The notes under the pieces were generated by a model, which was not told the origin of the DNA, did not search any database, and worked only from the letters and a program-made list of their open reading frames with translations. This document shows positions 10,305-20,595 of a stretch of DNA of 64,000 nucleotides, piece by piece (within the stretch, counting starts at the first letter, position 1; each line of letters starts with the position of its first letter). This DNA is from Planctomycetota bacterium (GTDB lineage: Bacteria > Planctomycetota > UBA1135 > UBA2386). The position numbers and the translations under genes were made by a program. The stretch is from assembly GCA_965223545.1 (NCBI GenBank), contig OZ245006.1, forward strand, positions 7,744,001 through 7,808,000, read 5' to 3'.

Positions 10305-10949
10305 ATGGGTGGTTTGCGGTTTGGGCCCGCGCTGGTCGCGGGGCTTTCGTGGTGTGGCGCGTGCACTTCGCCGCCGCCGATGGACCTGAGCGCCAACGAG
10401 GCGCTGTATCGCGACACCGGCTACCGCGCGACGCTCGCGGCCGATCGGGGTGCCTTCCTCACGCCGGTGGTCGACCAGCGCGACGAGGTGGAGCCGCTGG
10501 AGGCCACCGTCGGAGCGCCGGTGCAGCTGCTGCCGGACGGCGGCTGGGAGCGTGGCGTGCCGGCGATGGTCGATGCGATCCTGCGCCGTGAGCTGGCCGA
10601 CAGCGGCGTGGTCGCCGGCATGCGCGAGCGGGCGGCGCCGGATGCGCTGGTCGTGCAGTGCGCGCTGCGCCGTTTCGGCGCCGGGGTGCAAGAGGTCGTC
10701 GATGGCCGGCGCAGTCTGGGCTTCGTCGAGGTCGAGCTCACCGTGCACGCGCCTGCGGGTCCCAACGGCCGGCGCGCGGTGCTGCTGCGCGAGCCGTTCG
10801 CCGAAGAGGTGCACAGTGGGGTCGCGATGCGGCCGCCGAGCCCGCGGGTGTTGGCCGGGGCGGCGTTGCGGCAGTGCATCGCGCGGATGTTGGCGGCGAT
10901 CGATCAGGGCAACGTGGCGCGGGCGCACGTTCCGCTGTCGGTGCAGTGA
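10305..10949 (+). CDS. Putative lipoprotein, hypothetical
   Basis: Signal-like N-terminus with 'GAC' lipobox-like motif; good codon usage. Confidence 0.55.
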   Translation: MGGLRFGPALVAGLSWCGACTSPPPMDLSANEALYRDTGYRATLAADRGAFLTPVVDQRDEVEPLEATVGAPVQLLPDGGWERGVPAMVDAILRRELADSGVVAGMRERAAPDALVVQCALRRFGAGVQEVVDGRRSLGFVEVELTVHAPAGPNGRRAVLLREPFAEEVHSGVAMRPPSPRVLAGAALRQCIARMLAAIDQGNVARAHVPLSVQ

Positions 10950-10989
10950 CGCGCCGGCGCGGCCATCCCGGATCGCGGGAGGACCAGCG

Positions 10990-13266
10990 ATGCGCGTGAC
11001 CGAGCTGGTCCGGCAGTGGCGCGAGCAGGCCGAGCAGCCGGCCGAGCTGGTCGCCCAGCACACGCTGCCGCCGCGGCCGGCCGCGATGGCGCCGTACCCC
11101 GACTGGGTCGCGCCCGCGCTGCGGGAGGTGCTCGAAGCGCGTGGCATCCTCGAGCTCTACGCGCACCAGGTCGAAGCCGCCGACCACCTGCATGACGGCC
11201 GCAATACCGTGGTCGCCACCGGCACCGCGTCGGGCAAGTCGCTCTGCTACAACCTGCCGGTCCTGAGTCAGCTACTGACCGATCCGTCGGCGCGCGCGCT
11301 CTATCTGTTTCCGACCAAGGCGTTGGCGCGCGACCAGATGGGGGAACTCGAGCGGTTGCTCGAAGGCGCGGGTCGCGAGGATCTGCGCTTGGCAGTCTAC
11401 GACGGCGACACGCCGCCGGCCGTGCGCCGCGCGCTGCGTGAGGCCGGTCATCTGGTGCTGACCAACCCGCACATGCTGCACTCGGGGATCCTGCCCAACC
11501 ACACCAAGTGGCAGGGTCTGTTCACGGGCCTGCGCTTCGTCGTGGTGGACGAGGTCCACACCCTGTCCGGCGTCTACGGCTCGCACGTCGCCAACGTGCT
11601 GCGGCGGCTGCGCCGGATCTGCGCGCACTACGGCAGTGAGCCGGTCTTCTGCGCGGCCAGCGCGACGATCAGCAACCCGGGCGAGCACGCCCGGCGGCTG
11701 CTCGAACGGCCGGTCGAAGTCGTCGATCGCGACGGCAGTCCGCGCGGGCCCAAGCACTACCTGTTCTTGAATCCGCGCCTCTTCTCCGAGCTCTCCGGTC
11801 AGCGGACGCCAGCCGTGGAGGCCGCGCGGCAGGTCGCTGGGGCGCTGATGGCGACCGATCTGCAGACGATCGCCTTCGCGCGCTCGCGCGCCACGGTCGA
11901 GGTGCTGGTCAAGTACCTGCGCGACGAGGCCGACAAGCGCAACGTGCCGCAGAGCCGAGTGGCGGGCTATCGCGGCGGCTACCTGCCGCAGCTGCGCCGC
12001 GATCTCGAGCAGGGCATCGCGTCCGGCGACATCCGCACCATCGTGACGACGAGCGCGCTGGAGCTCGGCATCGACATCGGCTCGCTCGACGTCTGCCTGC
12101 TGGTCGGCTACCCGGGCACGGTGTCGAGCACGTTCCAGCGCGCCGGCCGCGTCGGCCGCCGCCAGCGGGAGAGCGCGGTGCTGTTCTTGGCGCGCTCGTT
12201 CGCCATCGATCAGTACGTGGTGCAGAACCCGGGCTATCTGTTCGACCAGCCGCGCGAGGCGGTGTCGATCGATCCCGACAACCCGATCATTCTCGCCAAC
12301 CACCTCAAGTGCGCGGCCTTCGAGCTGCCGTTCGACGCCGACGGCGGCTTTGGCGAATCGGAGAGCGCGGCCGACGTGCTGGCGTTCTTGTGCGACGAGC
12401 TGCGGCTGTTGGTGCGCGAGGGCGGGCGCTATCACTACGCAGCGGCGACGTTCCCCGCCGATGGCGTGAGCCTGTCGGCGGCGGACATGGACAACGTCGT
12501 GATCATGGATCGCGACGAGGGCGTCGTGCTGGGCGAGGTCGACCGGGCTTCGGCGATCACCGAGGTGTACGATGGCGCGATCTACGGCCACCAGGGCGAG
12601 CAGTACCAAGTCGAGCGCTTCGACTACCACGGCCGCCGGGCCTACGTGCGCAAGGTGGAGGTCGACTACTACACCGACGCCGAGACCGAGACCGAGGTGC
12701 GGGTGCTGCACGACGACGAGGTCGCGCGCTACGCGGCCTACGAGGCCCATCTCGGCGAGGTGCACGTCTCCACTCTGGCGAAGGGCTTCAAGAAGGTGCG
12801 CTTCTACACCCGTGAGAACGTCGGCGTCGGCGAGATCCACCTGCCGCCGGAAGAGCTGGAGACCGAGGCGTGCCTCTTGGTCTTGGATCCAGAAGCAGCG
12901 CTGGAGGCGGGGCTGCACACCGCCGCCGACGCCGGTGGACTGCGCGGGGTCGCCGACCTGATCCAGGGGCTGGTACCGCTGTTCGTGCGCGTCGATCCGG
13001 GCGATGTCCGCGTCACCGCCGAGGTGCGGCACCCGCACTTCGAGCGGCCGACCTTGACGATCTACGACGTGGTGCCGGGCGGCGTCGGCCTGTCGGAACG
13101 GATCTTCCGCCAGCACCGCGCCGTGCTCGAAGCGGGCTTGGGCCTGCTGGGGCGCTGTGCTTGCCAGCGCGGCTGTCCGTCGTGCATCGGGCCGGCACGC
13201 GACCAGGGCGGGCGCGGCAAGCTGCTGTCGCGGAGGTTGCTGGAGATCATGCTGCGCGCGTCGTGA
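10990..13266 (+). CDS. DEAD/DEAH-box helicase with DUF1998 (MrfA/Hrq1-like)
   Basis: 'TGTASGKS', 'DEVH', 'SAT', 'QRAGRVGRR', C-terminal 'CACQRGCPSC'; GGAGG RBS before ATG 10990. Confidence 0.9.
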   Translation: MRVTELVRQWREQAEQPAELVAQHTLPPRPAAMAPYPDWVAPALREVLEARGILELYAHQVEAADHLHDGRNTVVATGTASGKSLCYNLPVLSQLLTDPSARALYLFPTKALARDQMGELERLLEGAGREDLRLAVYDGDTPPAVRRALREAGHLVLTNPHMLHSGILPNHTKWQGLFTGLRFVVVDEVHTLSGVYGSHVANVLRRLRRICAHYGSEPVFCAASATISNPGEHARRLLERPVEVVDRDGSPRGPKHYLFLNPRLFSELSGQRTPAVEAARQVAGALMATDLQTIAFARSRATVEVLVKYLRDEADKRNVPQSRVAGYRGGYLPQLRRDLEQGIASGDIRTIVTTSALELGIDIGSLDVCLLVGYPGTVSSTFQRAGRVGRRQRESAVLFLARSFAIDQYVVQNPGYLFDQPREAVSIDPDNPIILANHLKCAAFELPFDADGGFGESESAADVLAFLCDELRLLVREGGRYHYAAATFPADGVSLSAADMDNVVIMDRDEGVVLGEVDRASAITEVYDGAIYGHQGEQYQVERFDYHGRRAYVRKVEVDYYTDAETETEVRVLHDDEVARYAAYEAHLGEVHVSTLAKGFKKVRFYTRENVGVGEIHLPPEELETEACLLVLDPEAALEAGLHTAADAGGLRGVADLIQGLVPLFVRVDPGDVRVTAEVRHPHFERPTLTIYDVVPGGVGLSERIFRQHRAVLEAGLGLLGRCACQRGCPSCIGPARDQGGRGKLLSRRLLEIMLRAS

Positions 13267-13288
13267 AGTCCGCCATGGGAGGGTTGGG

Positions 13289-14149
13289 TTGAGAGACGCG
13301 CGGCGGGTGTTGCGGAGGGCCTTTGCCGACGCCGTCGCGGGAGCCGATGGTGATCTGCCCCGCCTGCCGGCCGCGCGCCGGCCGTCACCCGCACTCGCCG
13401 CGGCGCTCCGGCGGCACGCCGCGCGCGTGCGCCGCGGCAAAGTCCAACTGCCTCCCGGCGACGAGATCGACAACGACTTTGGCCGCTGCTACGTGCGCCG
13501 CATCGAGTACCCGCTGGACACGCGACACGGCCGCGAGCCGCTGGCGGCCGCGCGCGCCGTGTCCTGGGCGCGGATCGCGGAGCTCGCCAAGGCGAAAGCG
13601 CTCGACCTCGGCCTCGAGGACTGCCTGTTCTTGGACACCGAGACGACCGGCCTCTCGGGTGGCGCCGGCACGGTCGTGTTCCTGACGGGATTGGGCTTCT
13701 TCGAAGCCGACCGCTTCGTGCTCGAGCAGGTGTTCCTGCGCTCGTTCGCCGACGAGCCGGCGGCCCTGGCGCACGTCGGCGCGCGCTTGGCCCAGCGGCC
13801 GTGGCTCGTGACCTTCGTCGGCAAGAGCTTCGACCGCCATCGGCTGGCCTCGCGCATGACCCTGCACCGGGTGCCGGCGCCCGTGCTCACCGACAAGCAC
13901 CTGGACCTCTACTACTTGGCGCGGCGGGCGTGGGGCAAGGAGTTGCCCGACGTGCGCCTGCGCACCGTGGAGGAACGCCGCCTCGGCGTGCTGCGCGACG
14001 ACGACCTGCCGGGCTCGCAGGCGCCGTGGGCGTTTCTGCAGTGGCTGCGGGACGCGACCGGGCCGGTCGACCGCGTGCTCGAGCACAACCGCATCGATGT
14101 GCTCTCGTTGGTCAGTCTGCTTGTGGCCTTGGGCGAATCACGCCAGTAG
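13289..14149 (+). CDS. RNase H-like exonuclease (YprB/MrfB-like)
   Basis: 'FLDTETTGLSGGAG', 'GKSFD', 'HLDL', 'HNRIDV'; follows DUF1998 helicase. Confidence 0.85.
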   Translation: MRDARRVLRRAFADAVAGADGDLPRLPAARRPSPALAAALRRHAARVRRGKVQLPPGDEIDNDFGRCYVRRIEYPLDTRHGREPLAAARAVSWARIAELAKAKALDLGLEDCLFLDTETTGLSGGAGTVVFLTGLGFFEADRFVLEQVFLRSFADEPAALAHVGARLAQRPWLVTFVGKSFDRHRLASRMTLHRVPAPVLTDKHLDLYYLARRAWGKELPDVRLRTVEERRLGVLRDDDLPGSQAPWAFLQWLRDATGPVDRVLEHNRIDVLSLVSLLVALGESRQ

Positions 14150-14303
14150 CCACACGCCGCGACCTTGGCCGGACGGCGTGCCGTAGGCGCTTGGCGAAAC
14201 CAACCAGCACGCGCCGCTTGGTTCGGTCTCAACGCCTCCGCACGAGCGGTCGTGAGCGTCGCCGCCACGTTTGTGAGCCGCCATAGTGGCCCGCCTGCCG
14301 CAA

Positions 14304-14783
14304 TCAGGGCGCCCCACAGCACTTCTTGTACTTCTTCCCCGAGCCGCAGGGACACGGCTGGTTGGGCCCGACCTTGGGCTGCGTGCGGCGGAAAGTGCTG
14401 TTCTGCATCTTGCCCTCGATCAGCATCCAGCGGGTGCCGCTGCGGCGGAACTCGGCGACCTCGTGGTGGCGGCTCTCCTCGCCCTTGTGCACGAAGCGGG
14501 CGACGAACTCGACCTTGCCGGTGTCGTCGCTCTCGCCGCCGCCCTCGGTGCCGAGGACCTCGAGGCCGAGCCAGTCGGAGTCGCGCGACCAGCTCTCGGT
14601 CGAGGCGCGGTCGGCGTCTTCGCCCGAGTCCTGCGTGCTCATGATGAAGTCGATCTCACCGCGCGCGTAGGCGGAGTAGCGCGCGCGCATCAACGCCACC
14701 GCGGTGGGGGCGTCGCGCTCGCCGCTGAGGATCGGGCCGCAGCACTGCTCGATCGGGAGGCCGGTATCACAGGGACACGTCAA
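14304..14783 (-). CDS. ychJ: YchJ family SEC-C motif protein
   Basis: 'CPCDTG...CC', 'LMRARYSAY', C-terminal '[17 protein letters not shown]'; TTG start inferred. Confidence 0.85.
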   Translation of the reverse strand: MTCPCDTGLPIEQCCGPILSGERDAPTAVALMRARYSAYARGEIDFIMSTQDSGEDADRASTESWSRDSDWLGLEVLGTEGGGESDDTGKVEFVARFVHKGEESRHHEVAEFRRSGTRWMLIEGKMQNSTFRRTQPKVGPNQPCPCGSGKKYKKCCGAP

Positions 14784-14820
14784 GGTCGGTTCTCCAGGCG
14801 TGGACGGCGAGAGGGTAGCG

Positions 14821-15393
14821 TCAAGCGCGCCGCGAGGCGACCCAGCGCTCGATGGCTTCGGGGTAGGCCTCGCACTCGGCGGCGAACACGCGCGCCGCCA
14901 ACGTCTCCACCGTGTCGTCGGGCGTGACCGGCACGGTGCGCTGCACCAGGATCTCGCCGCGGTCGTACACCTCGTCACAGAGGTGGACGGTGCAGCCCGA
15001 CGTGGTTTCGCCGGCTTCCAGCACCGCGCGGTGCACGCGGTCGCCGTAGAAGCCCTTGCCGCCGAACTTCGGCAGCAGCGAGGGATGGATGTTGAGGATG
15101 CGACCGGCGAAGTCGGCGGCGATCGGCAGCAGGCGGAGATAGCCGCACAGGCAGACCAGCTCGACGCCGTGCTCGCGCAGCATGGCGTAGATCAGTTCGG
15201 GATCGCGGGTCACCGCGGTCGGCAGGCCGGCGCGCACGCCGCGTTCGATGCCGACCGTGCCCTCGCGGTCGGCGATCACGCAGCGCACCTCGGCCGCCAA
15301 GCGGCCGTCGTCGATCCGGTCGAGCAGGTTCTGCAGGGTGCGGCCGCTGCCCGAGAGCAGCACGCCCAAACGCACCGGCGCCGTAGCGGTCAC
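14821..15393 (-). CDS. purN: Phosphoribosylglycinamide formyltransferase
   Basis: 'LLSGSGRTL', '[12 protein letters not shown]', 'GCTVH...D.G'. Confidence 0.9.
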   Translation of the reverse strand: MTATAPVRLGVLLSGSGRTLQNLLDRIDDGRLAAEVRCVIADREGTVGIERGVRAGLPTAVTRDPELIYAMLREHGVELVCLCGYLRLLPIAADFAGRILNIHPSLLPKFGGKGFYGDRVHRAVLEAGETTSGCTVHLCDEVYDRGEILVQRTVPVTPDDTVETLAARVFAAECEAYPEAIERWVASRRA

Positions 15394-16223
15394 TGCACCA
15401 TCCGCCGGACCACGCCGGTCAGCAGGGATGCCATGCGTGGTGCGGCGAGGTCGGCGGCCTCGATCATCGCCTCGATCGACACCGGGCTGTGGCTCTCGAG
15501 GTTGATGCTCTGCGTGACTCCGATCAACGCCAGCACGCGCGCGCCCGAGTGCACCGCGGCGAGCACTTCGGGCGCCAGCGACATGCCGACCAGGTCGGCG
15601 CCGAGCCGCCGGTAGGCGCGGTACTCGGCCCGGGTGGGCAAGCTCGGGCCCGGAACCGAGGCGAACACCGCCTGCGCGCAGGGAATGCCCGCCTCGGCGG
15701 CAACCTCGCGCGCCAGGCCGCGCAGCGCGGCGTCGTAGGGCTCGGACATGTCGGGGAAGCGCGGCCCGAGCTCGGCGTCGGGGGGACCCTGCAGTGGGTG
15801 GATGCCGGAGAAGTTGAGGTGGTCCTCGACCACGGCGATCGATCCCGGCTCGAGCTGCAGCGAGAGGCTGGCGCCGGCGGCGGTCAGTACCAACCGGTCG
15901 GCGCCCATCGCGCGCAGGACGCGGACCGGAAAGGTGACGTCGCCGGCCGAGTAGCCCTCGTACGGTGCCAGCGGCGCGTCGCCGACGACCACCGGCGTGC
16001 CGTCGAGGGTGCCGAACACCAGTGGCGAGCCGCTGGAGAATCGCATGCCCGCCGGCAGGTCGTCGGCCCGCACCGTCAGCTTGTTTGCGAGCTGGCCGGC
16101 GATCGCGCTGTGGCCGGTGCCGAGCAGCATGGCGACCTTGGGGCGTTGCGAGACGCGCGCCAAGAGCTCCTGCGCGGCGTCGTGCACGCGCTGGCGCAGA
16201 GGGGGTTGCGGGGGCCCGACCAT
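15390..16223 (-). CDS. Purine nucleoside phosphorylase family protein with divergent active site
   Basis: 'YEGY', 'GPRFPDMSEPYD', 'GADLVGMS'; several canonical catalytic residues replaced. Confidence 0.75.
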   Translation of the reverse strand: MVGPPQPPLRQRVHDAAQELLARVSQRPKVAMLLGTGHSAIAGQLANKLTVRADDLPAGMRFSSGSPLVFGTLDGTPVVVGDAPLAPYEGYSAGDVTFPVRVLRAMGADRLVLTAAGASLSLQLEPGSIAVVEDHLNFSGIHPLQGPPDAELGPRFPDMSEPYDAALRGLAREVAAEAGIPCAQAVFASVPGPSLPTRAEYRAYRRLGADLVGMSLAPEVLAAVHSGARVLALIGVTQSINLESHSPVSIEAMIEAADLAAPRMASLLTGVVRRMVQ

Positions 16224-16299
16224 GGGGCGTGGAAGCGTACGCCCGGTGTCGCCCGCGCGCGACTGGGGATCGTCCCAGAATCTCGCGCGCGGCGGTGCT

Positions 16300-18897
16300 T
16301 CAGAACGCCGCCGCCATCAGGCTGCGCGCGTGGTCGCGCTTCAGCTCGTCGATCAGGTTGGCCGCCGACCGGTTGCGGTGACCGGCGAAGTCGCGCAGCG
16401 CGCGCACCAGCAAGTGGGCGGCGCGCACCTCGCGGCGGAGGTGCATCGCCCAGGGCTCTTGATGCGGCCTGAGCGCATCGAGGGCGGCGACGATCGCGCC
16501 GTCGTCGTGCGGAAACGCGCCATCGCCGGTGCCCGAGCTCGCGTCGTTCGGGTCGATGGCCGTCAAGTAGCGCGCCGCCGCCGCCCGCAGGTCGGCGATG
16601 CTCAACCAGCCGAGAAACGCGGCGCGGTCGGCGACCGTCGGCTTGTCGGTCGGAATGCGGAACGACCGCGCCAGCGCGGTGCCGCGCAGCTCGGCGAGCG
16701 GGATCGTGTCGAGCGTGCGCCGCAGCGAGCGCACCTCGCGCAGCTTGAGACCGGCCTCGTCGCCCTGCGCGACGAAGCCGACGACCTCGCGCTCGGCGTC
16801 GCCTTCGGCGGGTGCCTCGAGCAGCGAGCTCTCCGCCGCCTGCGCGAAGCGCGTGACGAACGCGTCCGCTCGTTGCAGGGACTGCGCCATCGCGCCCGCC
16901 CGCTCGCCGAGCGAGAACTCGCCGAGCTCGTCCGCCAGCGCCCGCGCGCCCTGCTCGGCGTCGTCGAGGGCCAGGGCATCGACGTCCGCCAGCAAGCCGT
17001 CGTCGGCGAGCACTGCGGTGGCAAAGCGCTCCCACGCCGCGTTCTCGACGTCGGCGCGGAGCGACAGCTGCAGCTCCGACAGTGCCTCGCGCTGCTCGGT
17101 GGTCCACTGTTCGAGCTCGGCGCGGTCCTGGAACACACCCGCCGGCCAGCCGCCGTCCGCGGCGACCACGGCGGCGATCGCGTCGATCGCCGGCGCCATC
17201 GCGTCGGCGTCGCGCGCGTCGAGCGCGGAGGTCACCGCCCCGCGCAGCTGTGCCAGGCGCGCCGCCGCGTGGCGGCGCACGCGCGCCGCCGCCTCATCGC
17301 GCGCGGCCTGCACCGCGTCCTCGCTGCGCAGCTCCGCGGGGACCACGGCGAGCTCGAGGGTGGCGAGCGCCGCAGTGTAGTCGCCCTCGTCGAGGGCTCC
17401 GTCGACCGCCTTCCGCACGCCGTCCGCCGCCGCCCGCACCGCTTCGTCGTGGGCGAGGCGCGCGGCCTCGCGGCGCCGCTCTTCCGCGCGGATGCGGGCG
17501 GCATCCTTGCTGGCGGCGGCGGCCGCATCGGTGTCGGCATGGTCCTTGGCGACCACGTCGAGGGCCGCCGCGCGCGCTTCGGCCGAGCCGCCCGTGGTGT
17601 CGAGCAGCGCCTGGCGCCGGGCGAGCTCGCCCTCCATCTGGCGAATGCGCTCGAGCAACCCCGCCACGCGGGGGTCCTTCTCCTGCACCACCTCGCGCAC
17701 CGTCTTGCCCTCGGGGCGGGTCAGGCCCCAGGCGAGGCCGCCGCCGGCGAGCAGGACGGCGGCGGTGATGGCCGCGATCCACATGCCGCGTCGGCTCGGT
17801 GGCGCCAGCGCGGCCTCGATGTCTTGGACCAGCTCCTCGGCGCTCTGGTAGCGCGCGTCGGGGTCCTTTTGCATCAGCCGCTCGACCATCGCCGCGGCCT
17901 CGGGACCACCCGCGGGCGCCAAGTCGGTCAGCGGCTCGGGCGTCTCCTTGACGTGCGCGACCAGGATCTCCTTGACCGACGAGCGGCGGAACGGCGTGCG
18001 CCCGCTGAGCAACCGGTACAGCGTGCAGCCGAGCGAGTACAGATCGCTGCGGTGGTCGAGCGGGCGGCGCAGAGCCTGCTCGGGCGACATGAAGTGCGGC
18101 GTGCCGACGACCTTGCTGTTGTCGTCTTCGTCGGTCATCGCCAGGCCGAGGTCGGCGATCTTGACGCTGCCGTGCGCGTCGACCATCAGGTTGTCGGGCT
18201 TGATGTCGCGGTGCACCAGCCGGAGCGACTCGGCGTAGGCCAGCCCGCGGGCGGCGTCGCCAATCACCGCCAGCGCTTCCTCCGGCGGCAGTGGGCCCTG
18301 CTTGAGCCGGTCCTCGAGCGAGCCCGACATCAGCTCCATCGAGAAGTAGTAGGTGTCGCCGTCGTGCCCGACGTCGAACACCTGCACCACGTTGGGGTGG
18401 CTCAGCCGCGCCGCCGCGCGCGCCTCGGCGACGAAGCGCGCGACGAACACCGGGTCCTTGGTCAGCTTCTTCGACAGCACCTTGAGGGCGACTTCGCGGT
18501 TGAGGCTGACCTGCTCGGCGCGGTAGACGGTGCCCATGCCGCCGGCGCCGAGCACCTCGGCGATGCGAAAGCCGGCCACGGTGATCCGCTTGCCGCCGCT
18601 CGCGCCGCGTGCCGACGCGGAGAATCGGAGCACGATGCCGGCGAGCTCGATGGTGTCGCCATCGCGCAGCGGCGACGCCTCGATGCCGGCGCCGTTGACG
18701 TCGACGTCCGCGTCGAGCGCCTTGACGCCGAAGCCCTCGCCCTTGAGCGCCTTGATCACTGCGTGCCGCTCGGCGATGCCGGGCGCGTCCAGGACGAGGT
18801 CGCAGTCCGGATGGCTGCCGACGGTGCAGACTTGATCGCGCGACAGGGAGACGACGGTGCCCTTCTGGACGCCGTTCTCGACGGTGAGCTGGGACAT
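16300..18897 (-). CDS. FHA domain + Ser/Thr protein kinase + TM + coiled-coil
   Basis: 'GAGGMGTVY', 'VALK', 'HRDIKPDN', 'DLGLA', 'GTPHFMSPEQ'; N-terminal FHA-like domain. Confidence 0.9.
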   Translation of the reverse strand: MSQLTVENGVQKGTVVSLSRDQVCTVGSHPDCDLVLDAPGIAERHAVIKALKGEGFGVKALDADVDVNGAGIEASPLRDGDTIELAGIVLRFSASARGASGGKRITVAGFRIAEVLGAGGMGTVYRAEQVSLNREVALKVLSKKLTKDPVFVARFVAEARAAARLSHPNVVQVFDVGHDGDTYYFSMELMSGSLEDRLKQGPLPPEEALAVIGDAARGLAYAESLRLVHRDIKPDNLMVDAHGSVKIADLGLAMTDEDDNSKVVGTPHFMSPEQALRRPLDHRSDLYSLGCTLYRLLSGRTPFRRSSVKEILVAHVKETPEPLTDLAPAGGPEAAAMVERLMQKDPDARYQSAEELVQDIEAALAPPSRRGMWIAAITAAVLLAGGGLAWGLTRPEGKTVREVVQEKDPRVAGLLERIRQMEGELARRQALLDTTGGSAEARAAALDVVAKDHADTDAAAAASKDAARIRAEERRREAARLAHDEAVRAAADGVRKAVDGALDEGDYTAALATLELAVVPAELRSEDAVQAARDEAAARVRRHAAARLAQLRGAVTSALDARDADAMAPAIDAIAAVVAADGGWPAGVFQDRAELEQWTTEQREALSELQLSLRADVENAAWERFATAVLADDGLLADVDALALDDAEQGARALADELGEFSLGERAGAMAQSLQRADAFVTRFAQAAESSLLEAPAEGDAEREVVGFVAQGDEAGLKLREVRSLRRTLDTIPLAELRGTALARSFRIPTDKPTVADRAAFLGWLSIADLRAAAARYLTAIDPNDASSGTGDGAFPHDDGAIVAALDALRPHQEPWAMHLRREVRAAHLLVRALRDFAGHRNRSAANLIDELKRDHARSLMAAAF

Positions 18898-18939
18898 GGA
18901 GTGGCGGCGGCGGAGTCGCGGGGCGGTCGGGGCTGGGGC

Positions 18940-20406
18940 TCAGTATCGCGCGGTCGGCGGTGTCGCGCCATGGTCGGCCGGCGTCGGCAGCAGCCGAAGC
19001 TCGATTGCCGACTGGCTGTCGGCGGTCAGCCGCGCGTGCGCGGCGATCTCGACTCCCGCCAACCAGACGATGCGATCGCTGCTGTCGACGACGACTGGCA
19101 GCCGGTCGCGCTCGAGCCGGGCGACGTCGCGCGCGGCCAGCAGCGGGCGCAGGCGCCGGGCGCGCGGCGCGCCGAGCGGCCGCATTCGGTCGTCGGGCCG
19201 CGGGGCCCGCACGAACAGCGCACCGCCGGCTGCCGCCGCGTCCAGCATGGCGGTGTCTCGGGAGGGCACGGTGGCGCGCCGGGGTGCGGCGGGCCTCGCG
19301 CGCCGCGCGATGCTCCAACCGGTTGCGCCGAACGGAGTGACCGGGCGATCGAGCGCGGTCGGTGGCGGCAGCGGGCCGAGGCATCGCCGGTCGAGCAGGA
19401 GCAGGCCGTGCCGCCGTCGTTCGGCGAGCACCGGCCCGGTCAGCTGTGCGCCGGTGTCAGCGTCGAGCAGCGCCACCGCGCGCGCGAGCCAACCGCGGCG
19501 CGGTGGCGCGCCGCAGACGGCGACGTGCGCGTCGCGCAGGGCGATCTGCCAATCGGCGCCGGCCAGCGCCGCGGCGCGCAGTGGCCGCTGCCGGTCGCCG
19601 AGCTGCAGTCGACCCGGCGCGGCGGTGTGGGCCGCGTGCGCCAGTCCCAGCGCGACGCGTTGCTGGCCGGCTTTGTGCAGGCGGCGCGCGGCGTGGGCCA
19701 GCGCCAGCAGCGCGCCGTTCGCCGGCCGCGCCAGCGCCCGGTCGAGCGCCGGCAGCAGCACGTGCCGAACGCGAGCCCGCGCTTGCCGTGGGTCGCGGTT
19801 GGTGGGGTCGTGCCAGCCGCGCACGCCGTGCGCGGCGCAGGCGTCGGCCAGCCGCGCGCGCGGCAGCGACAGCAACGGGCGCAACAGCAGCACGCCCGGA
19901 GCCAGGAGCCGGCGGGCCGCCATGCCGCAGAGTCCGGCCGGTCCCGCTCCGCGCAGCGCGCGCAGTGCGACGGTCTCGGCGTCGTCATCGCGGTGGTGCG
20001 CGGTCAGCACTGCGGCCGCACCGCGTTCGCGGGCGACGGCGAGCAAGGCGTCGTAGCGGGCCGCGCGCATCGCCGCTTCGGACGCCGGCCGCGGTAGATG
20101 GGCCGTGAACAGGGCGAACGGCAGCTGCAGCTGCGCGGCCAGCGTCCGCACCAACGCCTGCCCGTGGCTTGCCGCGCGCTGCTGGCGGTGATCGACGCAC
20201 ACCGCGGTGAACGGACCCCGCCGGTGGCCGCGATGGCGCAGGTGCGCCGCGGCGAGAGCCAGGGCACAGGAGTCCGGACCACCCGACAGCGCGAGGACGA
20301 GGCCGGCGTCTGCCGGCAGCGCGGCGTCCTCCAAAGCGCGGACCAACGCGTCCGCCAGCTCGTCGACGGCGGCGCTTGCGTCGCGCGGGAAGGGAGAAAG
20401 CTGCAT
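18940..20406 (-). CDS. tilS: tRNA(Ile)-lysidine synthetase
   Basis: 'LSGGPDS', 'TAHHRDDDAET', 'RPLL', 'DPTN', 'ERDRLPVV'. Confidence 0.9.
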   Translation of the reverse strand: MQLSPFPRDASAAVDELADALVRALEDAALPADAGLVLALSGGPDSCALALAAAHLRHRGHRRGPFTAVCVDHRQQRAASHGQALVRTLAAQLQLPFALFTAHLPRPASEAAMRAARYDALLAVARERGAAAVLTAHHRDDDAETVALRALRGAGPAGLCGMAARRLLAPGVLLLRPLLSLPRARLADACAAHGVRGWHDPTNRDPRQARARVRHVLLPALDRALARPANGALLALAHAARRLHKAGQQRVALGLAHAAHTAAPGRLQLGDRQRPLRAAALAGADWQIALRDAHVAVCGAPPRRGWLARAVALLDADTGAQLTGPVLAERRRHGLLLLDRRCLGPLPPPTALDRPVTPFGATGWSIARRARPAAPRRATVPSRDTAMLDAAAAGGALFVRAPRPDDRMRPLGAPRARRLRPLLAARDVARLERDRLPVVVDSSDRIVWLAGVEIAAHARLTADSQSAIELRLLPTPADHGATPPTARY

Positions 20407-20595
20407 TTGGGTCGGGCCCCGCCGCTCGATATACTCCGCCACGCCGCCGGCAGACAAACCCTCGAAACCCGAACTTTCGCGCCGCTGCAGGCCGCACGCA
20501 GCGGCGCGCCGGCGTCGACCCACCCTTCGGCGCCCCCGTTTGTCGAGCCACGGCCTGTCCGCGAAACGGAGAATCGAAACGGAGAACTCTAGGCG

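Noticed and set aside
10990..14149. DUF1998 helicase as DISARM/Druantia defence
   Set aside because: Paired with a YprB-like exonuclease in housekeeping context (MrfAB-like repair); no defence partner genes
15997..20097. 1366-aa plus-strand ORF and similar long ORFs (5159-7726, 11272-13473, 21253-23040)
   Set aside because: Antisense shadows of recognisable genes in GC-rich DNA
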